A stretch of DNA of 64,000 bases from Candidatus Raymondbacteria bacterium RIFOXYA2_FULL_49_16 (GTDB lineage Bacteria > Fibrobacterota > OXYB2-FULL-49-7 > XYB2-FULL-49-35): assembly GCA_001789205.1 (NCBI GenBank), contig MFYT01000019.1, forward strand, positions 1,811-65,810. The letters run 5' to 3'. The notes under the pieces are model-generated. The model saw nothing but the letters and a program-made list of their open reading frames with translations. It was not told where the DNA came from and ran no database searches. Each line of letters starts with the position of its first letter. Position 1 is the stretch's first letter. Made by a program: the position numbers and the translations under genes. Shown here piece by piece: positions 1 to 10,900 of this stretch.

Positions 1-1837
1 AGAGGCGCGTGTAATGGTCTCCGTCGTTTGAGATCAGATATGTTTTTCCGCTCTGGCCGTTGAATGTGACCCAGTCTGTGTCGTTCAGGGAATGGGAATG
101 TGCTTGGGCAGGCGCACCGATAATGATGGGGGTGGCCGTACCCCGGCTGTTGTCCGGTTCGTAGGCATCGGGAGCCTGTCCGCTAATGGCGAAATAGTTG
201 CTGAATCCATAGATGCTGGCATTGCTCTGGTCAACAATCCTGATCCGATAATTACTACCGGTGGCTAATCCCGCGGGTATTGACCAAGAATACGTACCAT
301 TGTTGTTAAGGTATGACGAATAGATCGTGGTCACGTATGAGGTGTCCTTGTATAGATAGAGGTATACATAGTCGCTGAACATAACGCTATCAGTGGTCCA
401 CTGGAGGTCGTAGGTTGAACTGGTTGCCCAGACTGTCATTGTATCGGGTGCCGCGAACGAGGCCAGATCAAGGGAATCGGCGTCCACGATGGATAAGGTA
501 TAGCTGCCGTAGTATCCGGAAGAATAAGGCAATATACGAATAGTGTAAATTATCGTGCTGTCACAGGTCCAGATGAGATAGGGGGTGGCATCATAGGTGC
601 CGCCGTAAAATGAATATGATGCCGAGGCGCTTGTTCCGCGGTAGAGGCTTACCCATGTCTGGAAGGTACCCTCGTTTCTGATATAGTATGTTCTTCCCTT
701 AGTGGGATAAAAGGAAACCCAGTCGGTATCCGCGTACGTCAGCGTATGGCTTTGCACCATGCCATCGGTGGAGAGCGAACTTGCCGAGGTACGGCTGTTG
801 TCGTTCTCATAGACATCGGGATCCAGGCCGCTCAGATAAAGGGTGTCGCTGAAGGCGAATAAGCCTGCATCATAGTAACTTTCAATTTTGATGCGGTATT
901 TTCCCGAGGCAAAATACGAGGGAATGGTCCATGTCTGGATATTGTCGTTGGAGGTTCCAGAAGCAATGGTATATACCTGAGAGTCTGCGCTGGTGAACAG
1001 GTAGATATTGATATATACGCCGGGTGAACCAAGCGATGTCCATTGGATCGAATCATAGACCCCTGCGGTCAGGGTGTCGCTGGAATCGGGAGAGGTTATA
1101 GCAAAAGCGCCCGAATACTGGGAACTAATGGTAAAGGCTGGGCTGGTCCCGGAAATGCCGGGATCGTAGTAGCTTTGCACCACAATGTGATAGTCGTTGC
1201 CCGATCCCTGAGGTGTTGTCACGGTCCATGAATATGATCCGGTGTTTGAGCTGTAATATGTTGATGATGAGATACGATAGAGGGAGTCCTGGCCTTTATA
1301 AAGGAATAGACGCACATAGGAACCCACGGAATCGGTGGCGGTCCACTGGATGGAAAGGGAGGAGCCAATGGTGACATTAGTTGCAACCGTGGGAGATGTT
1401 ACCGAGATGATGCCGAAATAGCGTGAGTAAATTCTAAAATTGGGACTGAAATCATATTTTGTTGTATCGTAGTAATTAGTGATTTTTATCTGGTAGAGCG
1501 AGCTTGAACTGACAGAGGGAAGATACCAAAGATACAACCCGTCATTCAATGTACCGTTGATAATGGTTGTCACAAGTGAATCATTCCGATAGAGCGAAAG
1601 CGTCACATATGTTGACGTGTCCTGCGCAACCCAGGTGAGTGTCAGGGAACTGTCGTTTCGCACAGAGGTGTAATATCGCGGATTGGAAAAGGCAGCCACT
1701 CCATTTGTCGTATTACCATGGTCTGTGGTATCAATACTATTTGGTCCGGTTGGCGAAGCGCTGTCTTTAACGCACTGGGTCAGGAACAAAGCGCAGAAAA
1801 GAGCCAGACACAAACAAAATAGGCGGAACAATTTCAT
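1..1837 (-). CDS. Large Ser/Thr/Tyr-rich lipoprotein with repeated Ig-like (Kre9/GPI-anchored-like) and PPC-like modules; 3' end runs off the window
   Basis: Not in the ORF track. Hand translation from ATG 1837 (RBS GGAGGA at 1841-1846) is open to base 2: MKLFRLFCLCLALFCALFLTQC (lipobox-like), repeats of I.W......V.L.LY....N.G.Y.W..P....Y.I.I, and two PD.YE.DNSR..A motifs followed by DTDWV.F. Confidence 0.85.
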   Translation of the reverse strand, partial: MKLFRLFCLCLALFCALFLTQCVKDSASPTGPNSIDTTDHGNTTNGVAAFSNPRYYTSVRNDSSLTLTWVAQDTSTYVTLSLYRNDSLVTTIINGTLNDGLYLWYLPSVSSSSLYQIKITNYYDTTKYDFSPNFRIYSRYFGIISVTSPTVATNVTIGSSLSIQWTATDSVGSYVRLFLYKGQDSLYRISSSTYYSSNTGSYSWTVTTPQGSGNDYHIVVQSYYDPGISGTSPAFTISSQYSGAFAITSPDSSDTLTAGVYDSIQWTSLGSPGVYINIYLFTSADSQVYTIASGTSNDNIQTWTIPSYFASGKYRIKIESYYDAGLFAFSDTLYLSGLDPDVYENDNSRTSASSLSTDGMVQSHTLTYADTDWVSFYPTKGRTYYIRNEGTFQTWVSLYRGTSASASYSFYGGTYDATPYLIWTCDSTIIYTIRILPYSSGYYGSYTLSIVDADSLDLASFAAPDTMTVWATSSTYDLQWTTDSVMFSDYVYLYLYKDTSYVTTIYSSYLNNNGTYSWSIPAGLATGSNYRIRIVDQSNASIYGFSNYFAISGQAPDAYEPDNSRGTATPIIIGAPAQAHSHSLNDTDWVTFNGQSGKTYLISNDGDHYTRL

Positions 1838-1905
1838 ACGTCCTCCGGAAAATGATTATATACTAATATATATTCAAATCCGGAGAAAAGCCAATGGGAG
1901 TGTGC

Positions 1906-2598
1906 CTAACTTCTCCGGCCAAAAACGCCTGCGCGCATGAGGTAGTAGAGAAGCGTCAGGATTGAGCTGACCGCGGCCGCAAGATAGGTGAGAAAAGCGG
2001 CATTAAGCACTTCACCCGCACGCGCGGCCTCGCCCTGGCTTACCACGCCGTACTCGACCATGTGTTCTTTTGCCCGTTTAGTAGCGTCCCATTCAACCGG
2101 AAGGGTCACAATGGAAAAGACCACGGCAGCGGAAAAGAGAAGCGCGCCAAAGAGAAAGAGCGAGCCTGATTGCAGAATGAGGCCCAGCATAATGACCGCG
2201 TACGACAGGTAGGAACTGATGTTTGTGGCTGGGACCAGAGCGGTGCGCACATACATCCAGGAGTAGCCTTGCGCGTGCTGGAGCGCATGGCCGGCCTCGT
2301 GGCAGGCAACGCCGATCGCTGAAAGGCTTTTGCTGCCATAAACATCGGGCGAAAGACGCAGGACTTTTTTCGCAGGATCATAGTGGTCTGAAAGAAAACC
2401 AGTTACCTCTTCAATTTTAACATCGGTTATTCCCGCGCCTCTGAGCAGTCGGCCCGCGGCCTTTGCGCCGGAAAGACCATTTACAGCGGCAACCTGCGCG
2501 TATTTGGCAAAGGTCGCCTTGGTCTTAAACGAGGCATAGAGCGCCAGGGCGAGCCCCGGTAGGGCAAACACAAGATAGAGGGGATCGAACATGAACAT
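1906..2598 (-). CDS. Membrane neutral zinc metallopeptidase (YugP/Zn_peptidase_2 family)
   Basis: LSDHYDP..K.LRLS, HEAGHA zinc motif, TLPVEWDA..RA, AA.LTY.AA; RBS GAGGAGG. Confidence 0.9.
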   Translation of the reverse strand: MFMFDPLYLVFALPGLALALYASFKTKATFAKYAQVAAVNGLSGAKAAGRLLRGAGITDVKIEEVTGFLSDHYDPAKKVLRLSPDVYGSKSLSAIGVACHEAGHALQHAQGYSWMYVRTALVPATNISSYLSYAVIMLGLILQSGSLFLFGALLFSAAVVFSIVTLPVEWDATKRAKEHMVEYGVVSQGEAARAGEVLNAAFLTYLAAAVSSILTLLYYLMRAGVFGRRS

Positions 2599-2719
2599 AC
2601 GTGTGCCTCCTCAATAGACCTATAATTTAAAAAAAAACATAGTGCAGTATCCATAGCCCATCCATTAAATTGTACACATCACTGCATATCAACTATTTTA
2701 TCCTACTAAGGAGTCTTGT

Positions 2720-4282
2720 ATGAACACAAAATCAATAAAATTCAGATTATTATCGGCGTTTTTCATTATCGGATTTGTCTTTGTCCTTTTCATGATTATC
2801 GCCATCCCCAACCGCACCAAGGCCACGGCTGAAAAGGTGATGGCTGAAAACGTCGAATTTATCGTTAAATTGCTTTCCGACAATCTGGCCCTTGGCATGC
2901 AGACGCGCGTTCTCGACGAAGGCGCTTCACTCCAGCAGACCCTTGATCTGCTCAAGGGCGGCATGGTGAGGTCTGTGGCAATTCTCGACGAAAACAACGC
3001 TTTTGTGACAGGGCTCAACGCTGACAAGGCGTTATTTATAGTTGATACTGTGGTAAATACGGACACGCTGCTCATGGTGCGGCGCACCATGAAAGACAGC
3101 GACGGCAAGGTGCAGGGGTCTGTGGAAATCCATTTTTCAAAAGATTCCTTTGTGTCGAGTATCAAGCGTTTCATGGCCTTTATCTGGATTGCTGGCATCA
3201 TGACCCTGGTCCTTGTGCTGGTCGCAGGAACAGTGCTTTCAAACCGGATTATCGGGCCGCTCAACAACTCCATCAGCATGCTTCAGGACATTGCTTCGGG
3301 CGAAGGCGACCTGACCAAGCGGCTGCGCCTGGCATCGGAAGACGAAGTCGGCGTGCAATCGCTCTGGATGAACCTCTTTATTGAAAAACTGCAGGCCATG
3401 ATACGGGAGATAAAAGCCAATGCCGATGAACTCAACGTGGTGTCTCTCCAGCTTGCCTCAACGTCGTCCGAAACGAGCGGCCTGGCCCAGAACATGAAGA
3501 CCAAGGCAGGGCAGAGCGCTTCCATAATGGACATGATGTCCGGGTCGCTGCGGAACATCATGCAGTCGGCGAATGATTCATCGGCCTCGGTAAAATCCAT
3601 AGCCCTTTCCATAGAAACCATGTCTCAGGCAATGGACGAGGTTGCGCAAAACTGCCAGCAGGAATCAAAGATCGCCAAAAAGGCCGATGAAATGGCGCGG
3701 AACGCCCGTGAAAAGATCAAGGCGCTTGAGGAGGTCACCCGGCAAATCGGAAAAATCACCAAGTTTATCCAGGACATTGCTGACAAAACCAACCTGCTTG
3801 CGCTCAACGCGACCATTGAGGCTGCTTCCGCAGGCAAGGCGGGCCTGGGGTTCGCGGTTGTGGCCAAAGAGGTGAAGGAACTTGCCAAGCAGACTTCAAA
3901 GGCCACCAGCGACATTAATACCCAGATCCAGAACATCCGGGGAACGGTTGAATCCACCATTACCGAGATCGGCGGCATTGCCACCATTATCAACGAAGTG
4001 AATACTATTTCCCAGACCATTGCCGCTGCCACAGAGGAGCAGTCTGCCACCACACAGGAAATTTTGCGTAATGTGCGCGACACCAGCAGCAGTACCGAGA
4101 ACATGAAGGGAACCTGCAAACAGAATGTGGACACTATTTCCCAGATTTCAGCCAATATTTCAGAAGTGAACACGTCGGCTGACAAAACCGAACAGGGTGT
4201 TCAGAAGAACAGGGAAAATATCATTAGCATGACCGGTACGGTCAATAATCTGCATAAATTGGTTGGAAAATTTAAGACATGA
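2720..4282 (+). CDS. Methyl-accepting chemotaxis protein (2 TM, small periplasmic domain, HAMP, MCP signal domain)
   Basis: [17 protein letters not shown]; [34 protein letters not shown] signalling hairpin; RBS AAGGAG. Confidence 0.95.
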   Translation: MNTKSIKFRLLSAFFIIGFVFVLFMIIAIPNRTKATAEKVMAENVEFIVKLLSDNLALGMQTRVLDEGASLQQTLDLLKGGMVRSVAILDENNAFVTGLNADKALFIVDTVVNTDTLLMVRRTMKDSDGKVQGSVEIHFSKDSFVSSIKRFMAFIWIAGIMTLVLVLVAGTVLSNRIIGPLNNSISMLQDIASGEGDLTKRLRLASEDEVGVQSLWMNLFIEKLQAMIREIKANADELNVVSLQLASTSSETSGLAQNMKTKAGQSASIMDMMSGSLRNIMQSANDSSASVKSIALSIETMSQAMDEVAQNCQQESKIAKKADEMARNAREKIKALEEVTRQIGKITKFIQDIADKTNLLALNATIEAASAGKAGLGFAVVAKEVKELAKQTSKATSDINTQIQNIRGTVESTITEIGGIATIINEVNTISQTIAAATEEQSATTQEILRNVRDTSSSTENMKGTCKQNVDTISQISANISEVNTSADKTEQGVQKNRENIISMTGTVNNLHKLVGKFKT

Positions 4283-4295
4283 TCCCCCTTTGCAG

Positions 4296-4340
4296 GGGCG
4301 TCATTCTGCAATGCTGGCCTGCGTCTTTTGAATGACGCCC
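4296..4340. terminator. Inverted repeat between convergent MCP and TonB receptor genes, possible bidirectional terminator
   Basis: GGGCGTCATTC (4296-4306) / GAATGACGCCC (4330-4340), 11-bp perfect stem; no clean U-tract. Confidence 0.45.
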
Positions 4341-4361
4341 GTACATCAGGATTTATGCATT

Positions 4362-6437
4362 TTACAATCCCAAATCATACGATAATTTCAGGGTGAATTC
4401 GCGCGAGGGACCAGGATGCGGTGGCAGGTCACTGTCCACTACATAATATGGCTGAAGATAATCGTATTTTTGCCCCAGAATGTTATACACGCCGATACCC
4501 GCAGTCAAATTGTTCGTCAGCAGGTTTTTATACTGCACGAAGATATTCGTTATTAATGACGGTTTTTCTTTGTCAATAATTCCGTTGCCAAACGAGCCGA
4601 ACCTTTGTGAAATGTATATAAGCGAAGGGTTAATGGAGAGGGAGCCTCGGAGCCAGCATCCATTGAGCGTCAATTTGTGCTGTGGTAATCCAAGGACCAT
4701 GTTTTCCTTTCCCGGTACTTCATATGAGGGCACCTTGTTTTTATCAAAAAAATCGAATTTATCTGTAATATGCGGGTTGGCGTAAGAATATGTCACGTTT
4801 CCATATCCCCAACCGTATTTAATCCTGTATTCCAACTCAAAACCCGTACTCCCAGATCTTTCCTGATTTTCGTACCATTCAACGTCGTTCCCGTCGTTGT
4901 CAGAATAGTAGAAATAAATAATGGGATCGGTGATCGTAATGTCAAATACATTCAAAGTAAGGAACATATTGTCTGTTGGACGCGCACCGAGTTCCACTTC
5001 GAAAACAGTGGTGCGTTCTGGCGTAATCTCTGTGCCGTCGGGCGAAGGCAGGTTCATGTTTTCGATGCCCGGCGCCCTGAATGCCCTGCTGAAAATGGCC
5101 TTGTAGTGCCATTTTTCAAAGGGGCCGGTAATGCCCAGGCGGGGTGAAAAGGCAGTGCCAAAGGCACTGTGGCCGTCGATGCGGCCGCCGGCGACCAGGT
5201 TTGTGTGCGGTAGCTTGAGCAGGCCCTGGGCAAAACCCGACACATTGTAATATGAGATGTTCTTCTCATCGTTGCCAAAGACCGATTCTGGATCATCGAG
5301 CCGGTCTGTGGCGTAATCATAATAACCTTCGGCGCCCGCCACAATGTTCAGCTTTTCCGAATAATCATAGTTGGCAATGGTATTTCCTGAAAAGCGCAAT
5401 GCGGACCGGTCGTAGGGATAGCGTTCGTCAAGAAAGTTGTATGGAATCTGGTATTTAATATTTACCTTGGGCGTGACGGTGAGGTTGGAAAGGGCCGCAA
5501 TATCGTACTTTACCTCTCCATAATAGCCATCGAACGAGTTGTAGACAGGTGTTTCACCGTCAAAGTAGTCGGACGTGCGTGTGGCATAGCGGTCATAGAT
5601 GAGACGGAGGCTCAGGTCTTTGATATTCACGTTGGCATTGACATTGCTAAAGGTCTCTTTTGCCGCGTCGCTTTCCGGACCATAGTAATAATCCGAAGCA
5701 TCGATATAAGGGCGGTCGCTCCGGTTTGCCATGCCTGCTGTGCCGGTAACGGAGAAATCAACATTGGTAAAGAATTTTCCAACACCAAAATTGACAGCAG
5801 TACGTCCAAAGTCGTTGGCCATGGTGCTTGCGGATACGCTTGCTGAGACTCCGTTCAGGTCGTCTGATTTTTTCGTGATAATGTTGATGACACCAAGTTC
5901 GGCAAAACCGCCATACACGCACGAGCCGGGACCGCGGAGAATTTCAATGCGTTTGATGTTGGCCACGCCGTAATGGTTGCCGAATTGCAGGGTTGAATAG
6001 AGGAGTTCGTTCATCTCCTGGCCATCAATGAGAAGCAGGACTTTGCCTTCGTGGCCCCAGATGCCGCGCATGCCCGGCCCTATGGCGCCGTCGATATCGT
6101 ATCCGAACTCAAAACCGGGAACCAGCCGCAGGACGTCCATAAGCGTTCGCGCGCCGGAATTCCGTATTTCTTCTTCGGTAATAAGGGAGATGATGCCCGG
6201 CGATTCGCGTGTGTTCATGGCTTTTTTCGACGACACGGAAATTTTCATGTTCAGCAGGTCGTCGACCGAGACGCCCAGTTTGTCCGCAAGCACCATGAGG
6301 TCTTCGAGGGGCATTTCCATAAGCTGGGCATAGGTGAGTTTGGCAATGTCTTTTTCGGTCATGGTTGCTACGTCGAGCGCCTCTCCGGCAAAAACAAGAC
6401 AGGCTGCCACGGCTGCGAATGCGAGTATTTTTTTCAT
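4362..6437 (-). CDS. TonB-dependent outer membrane receptor
   Basis: Signal peptide; plug motifs (ITEEEIRNSGARTLMDVLRLVPG, IKRIEILRGPGS..YG...GVINIITK); FSPRLG, NILGQKY, C-terminal beta-strand LKLSYDL. Confidence 0.92.
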   Translation of the reverse strand: MKKILAFAAVAACLVFAGEALDVATMTEKDIAKLTYAQLMEMPLEDLMVLADKLGVSVDDLLNMKISVSSKKAMNTRESPGIISLITEEEIRNSGARTLMDVLRLVPGFEFGYDIDGAIGPGMRGIWGHEGKVLLLIDGQEMNELLYSTLQFGNHYGVANIKRIEILRGPGSCVYGGFAELGVINIITKKSDDLNGVSASVSASTMANDFGRTAVNFGVGKFFTNVDFSVTGTAGMANRSDRPYIDASDYYYGPESDAAKETFSNVNANVNIKDLSLRLIYDRYATRTSDYFDGETPVYNSFDGYYGEVKYDIAALSNLTVTPKVNIKYQIPYNFLDERYPYDRSALRFSGNTIANYDYSEKLNIVAGAEGYYDYATDRLDDPESVFGNDEKNISYYNVSGFAQGLLKLPHTNLVAGGRIDGHSAFGTAFSPRLGITGPFEKWHYKAIFSRAFRAPGIENMNLPSPDGTEITPERTTVFEVELGARPTDNMFLTLNVFDITITDPIIYFYYSDNDGNDVEWYENQERSGSTGFELEYRIKYGWGYGNVTYSYANPHITDKFDFFDKNKVPSYEVPGKENMVLGLPQHKLTLNGCWLRGSLSINPSLIYISQRFGSFGNGIIDKEKPSLITNIFVQYKNLLTNNLTAGIGVYNILGQKYDYLQPYYVVDSDLPPHPGPSREFTLKLSYDLGL

Positions 6438-6457
6438 GGTGTATGTCCTATACGAGG

Positions 6458-6958
6458 TTAGGATTCAATGGTTTTGCCCAGCTTAAAGAGCGCTGGTTTT
6501 GCCTTGAGACCGCTGGTTTTCAGACTTCCGGGATTTATCTCGAACCGGAGTTTACCGTCGACTTGTATCAGGTTGATGGCAGAACCTGCCTTGCCAAGAC
6601 CGTCCTTGTTGGTTACAATTAAGGTATTGCTCGGAAATTTTTGTATTGCCGCGCCCAACTGGTTGCTTTTGTCCGGGGAGATAAAGAGAAGGTCGCACTG
6701 ACCGACCTGGTCGAGTGAGGCGACTTTTTTAATGGTTATCTTGACGTCAGCTGATTTTTCCGCGATGATCTTGAGCTCATCGGTAATGGGGTCGTCGCCC
6801 AGGATAGTGATGGCGAATGCCGAGGGGGCTCCGGCCCATTCCACGTATTTAGTAAAATTGTACACCAGAAGAGCGCTGAATTTGGTGTCCTGCGCCAAGG
6901 TGTAATCTGGCACAGTGAGTGCCAGAAAAACAGCGATCAGAAACATGCTTTTTTTCAT
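6458..6958 (-). CDS. YfiR family (DUF4154) periplasmic protein
   Basis: Signal peptide; YNFTKYVEW, CDLLFIS, TLIVT, INLI..DGKLRFEIN......GLK...L..L signature. Confidence 0.85.
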   Translation of the reverse strand: MKKSMFLIAVFLALTVPDYTLAQDTKFSALLVYNFTKYVEWAGAPSAFAITILGDDPITDELKIIAEKSADVKITIKKVASLDQVGQCDLLFISPDKSNQLGAAIQKFPSNTLIVTNKDGLGKAGSAINLIQVDGKLRFEINPGSLKTSGLKAKPALFKLGKTIES

Positions 6959-7195
6959 GAAAGGTCCTTTGCGATGGGAAACAGGATAAGCCGTGAAAAG
7001 AATATATATTCAGAAAAAGAGTGAAAGCAAATGACAAAAAAGAAGGGGCATGCGCCGCGACGACAATGCGCTGATCCTAGAACCTGGCCAGTTTAAGACC
7101 ATTGACTGAAAAGCAATGTACGCTTCTTGTTGCGCGCTGCGTGGATATAAAATATTTTATCAACAATCGTATGGAATGTTTCTCCACGCTCAAAC

Positions 7196-7801
7196 ATGTC
7201 TCCGTTTTTCCCGGCGCGCTCAGCCTCATGGTTGGTCCTGTGCGGGGGCCTGTTTTTTCCCTGTATGGCGCAACTCGACCTTACCAGCGCGAACGTACTC
7301 GAGAGCATCCGTGTCAGCGGCCCAATGTTCCCTGACTGCGGACCGTGCACGACCAAGGTGATTTTCACCTTCAAGACCCCCTCGGTATCATTCCAGCATG
7401 TGAAAGGGTTCGGCTATGTGAATGTCGATTTTCCCAATGCGGTGACCGCGGAAAAGATGACGCCCATTCTCTATGCTTCGCCTGTTGAAGATATCGTGGT
7501 CTCGGTGAAAAAGGAGAGCCCCCAGCCCTTGGTGGTAAAAGAACACGATGTGATCAGCGTTGATGTGAAACTCGCTTCCGGCGTCCCAGCTGATTATACG
7601 ATTTTCAGGACACTGAACCAGGTGGCGCTTGTGCTTTCATGGGACGGCAACGAGTCCGTGTCGCAGGAAGAGAAGAAGCTACGGTCGTCCATCATCACGT
7701 ATGGCATTGTCGGTGTTGTGACCATCGGTGTTGTCATTGTCGTTGCCATGCTTTTAAAGTGGTCCCAGGACAATACAGGCGATGATATCCATATCAAATG
7801 A
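7196..7801 (+). CDS. Hypothetical exported protein with C-terminal transmembrane anchor
   Basis: 201 aa; N-terminal signal-like segment, beta-rich middle, hydrophobic IITYGIVGVVTIGVVIVVAMLL near the C-terminus. Confidence 0.65.
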   Translation: MSPFFPARSASWLVLCGGLFFPCMAQLDLTSANVLESIRVSGPMFPDCGPCTTKVIFTFKTPSVSFQHVKGFGYVNVDFPNAVTAEKMTPILYASPVEDIVVSVKKESPQPLVVKEHDVISVDVKLASGVPADYTIFRTLNQVALVLSWDGNESVSQEEKKLRSSIITYGIVGVVTIGVVIVVAMLLKWSQDNTGDDIHIK

Positions 7802-7913
7802 CGATACCCATATCAAATTATAGGTAATCTTTTTATAAGTAATCTTTCACTCGTCAAGCGCTTGCATTCCTACGGTTTTGAGGTTATATTATTATTATAT
7901 AAATTATATTAGT

Positions 7914-10900
7914 ATGAATTGCCGTATTGTTTTCTCTTTATTATCCGTTCTTTCTGCAGTACTGCTATTGCCCCTGTCTGCCTCTGCGCAGAGCTCAACA
8001 GCCCAGGTATGGGTGCGGCGCACCGTGGTGCCGTCGAGCATCAATTACGAAGGAGCGCCCGCGAACACGCAGGCGACCGTGAACTTGTGGTCGTGGGCAA
8101 GCGGCGATTCCGTGGCAGTGGGCAAACCCATTGACGTCATTTTTCTCACGGACAATGGTCCGAAGATCCAGTCGCGGCTCCCGGGCGACCCCCACAACTG
8201 GATCAGCCCGAACCGGATTGAGGGCGCCTACAACGCAAGCGTCAATTTTATCGATTCATTTTTTACGTCGAGTGAGAGGTGCGCCCTGCTGCGGTTCGCC
8301 TCAAACGTGGACACAGCGTTTTACTATACCACGAATTATCCCTATGCAAAAGGGCAGCTCGATTCCTCCCTGACCGGCGACGCGACCGAACAGGGCAATG
8401 CCATGTGGAAGGGCATCCTTGCATCGGCCCAGTACGCGGTCGCCAACCTCCGGCCGAATGTCACGCCGGTCATCATTGCCCTGACCACGGGCAACGACAG
8501 GAATTCCTATCAGCAGGGCCTGCCGCCCGGTGCCCTGGGCAACACTGAAGCGGAGGCGGTCGATTCAGTGCTTTCGTATCTTGAATCGGCCCGGGTCGCG
8601 GGTATTCCGATAAAGGTTTTTATTGTTGGCGTTGGCAGCGGCGTCAATGACAACGACGGCCTGATGACCATGATGGCAGATTCAGTCGGCGGCATGTACA
8701 TTCATACCGAAGACGGCATTGGTATTGATTCGGTGTTCCAGGACATCGGACAAAGACTGGTGGACATTGTCGGCATACGGGTTTCGCCGACCAAGCCCAT
8801 GTTCGTCGATGTGCTTGGACCGGGCATCCACTATGTGCCGGGGTCGTTTCTGCAGGTCGGCTCTCAAGGCGACCTCACGCCCGCATTCTCCGTTGACACG
8901 GTCAACGGCCTTACCCGGATAACCCTTGCGCTCGATACCATCAAACTTGGGCAGCTCTTCCTGGTTAGGTATAACATCACGGCAGCAGTCACTATTCTCG
9001 ATACCACCCATGCGGTTCTCACCCGGACCAACAATACGCAGCTCAATGACAGCGTCAATTACTCCCGCATCCAATATATGGACATCTTTGGAAGGGTCAC
9101 TGAAAAACCTATCCCTCAGAATTTTGTCCTGGTAAAAAGTGGTGTGTCGGCCATTCGGCTCTCCCTGAGTCCTGACACGCTTATACCGCCGTCATTGACC
9201 AAGGTGGTGCCTCTTGAATATACATCAACCGCTCCTGCGGTCTTTCCCGACACCACGCTCTATGCCTTGCTTGAGCTTGATATGACCGGTGAGGTTTTAT
9301 ATACGCCTGCCACTGTTACGTGGAACTTTACCCCTTTATCAGGCTGGACCGCTCCATTGCTCTATAATGTGCAGGACGACCAGCAGGGGATGGGCATTAC
9401 CGTACCTTTCGATAATGCGGGATTGTGCACATTAACCATTGAACTCACTATGCAGGGACTTATCTACCGCGACTATCTCATATTTTCAGCGTATGGTGAG
9501 GGCAGCGTGGAAAAGATTATAGGTGTTGCTATCGACGATGACACGCTAACCAGGCAATTTATCGACCCGCCGCGTCTTCTTATTGCGGGAAACAGGGCGG
9601 AATTGAACGCATATTCGCAACCGCTTTTTGCACGGGCAATTACTAATCATGGAAACATTCTGCCCCTTTCCGCATCGTGGTCTGCATCGGGTTTTTCAAT
9701 CTATCAATCGCAACTTGGGGCCGCGTTCACGGGTACGCACCAGCAGCGGACGTTCGGCATTTCCGTGGCAACAACCGAAACAGCCCAGTCCGATTCCGGT
9801 CTCATCACCATTGATTCGGGCGGCCTCTCCTTCTCGTTCACGCTGGCGATATTAGACACCTCGCATTATGATGTAGTCAATACCATAGCTATCTACGACA
9901 ATTATTATGCTGGAAACACTGATAGCATTGAGGCGCATTATTCGGGCCAGCAGTCTCAAGAGGTCTATTCTCCGGGATTGGGCGATTCCCTTACTTTCTG
10001 GCCATTGCTTTTTGACGCTAGCGGCACCCCGGTGCAATACATGGACGTGGCCACGGCGGTCTGGCAGCGCAACAACAATCCGCCCGTGACCGCCTCCTAC
10101 TATGTTGTCCGCGGCGGCGTTCCCATGCTTGAGGAACGGCTTACCGTCACTTTTGTGGGTCAGTCTGGCGATACCCTCACTGATACGGTGACCATACGCT
10201 GGGGTTATGGGAGTATCCGGCATATTTCCTTGGAAAGCAGACCGGGCCATATTGGCGATACGGTTTCGGCGCCGCTTACCGCACTGGTCATCCCGGCGAA
10301 CGCGGACACTATGCGGGGCATTTATGCCGTGGTGCGTGACGAATACGGGTATTGCGTGTACGATGGGAGCGATAACAATTTCACCGCATACGCAGCGTGG
10401 AGTGTGAGCGTGCCAGGTGTACTTACCTATATTGATATCCCGGCTGACACTACCAGTCTTGGTTGGATCCACCGGAAGGGGACCCCTGGATCCCAGACCA
10501 CCGCATATCTCGTTGCATCGGGGGTCAATCTTGTGGGGCTGTATAATCAGAAAGACAGCATTGCCTTGACACTACTCACTTATTCGTTTGATTCCCTGGT
10601 CATTCAGGCCTGCGCCTCACCCTCGCCCCTTATCGATACCACCGGGCATGTCTATGCGGTTGGCGAAGACATTCCTAAAAGCGCGCTGCTATTTCTTACC
10701 GCGGGTCAAGACACCTCGGTGGTGCGCGCAAGAATACGGCGGGACGATACCAATGCCTGGGTTTCCTGGCCGGTTTCCTGGCGTTTAACGGACATGTACT
10801 TTGTCGATGTTTCCGGCTTTCCTATTGATTCGCAGATGACCATTATTCCCATGCGTAATGTCACGCGTACCGGTATTATCGCTTACCTCGATTTTGGCGG

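Noticed and set aside
832-1940. Short ORFs 832-1056, 1043-1231 and 1683-1940
   Set aside because: Shadows of the long minus-strand lipoprotein gene.
7878-7913. TTG-start extension MRLYYYYINYIS of the giant protein
   Set aside because: AT-rich promoter-like DNA; the signal peptide fits ATG 7914 better.
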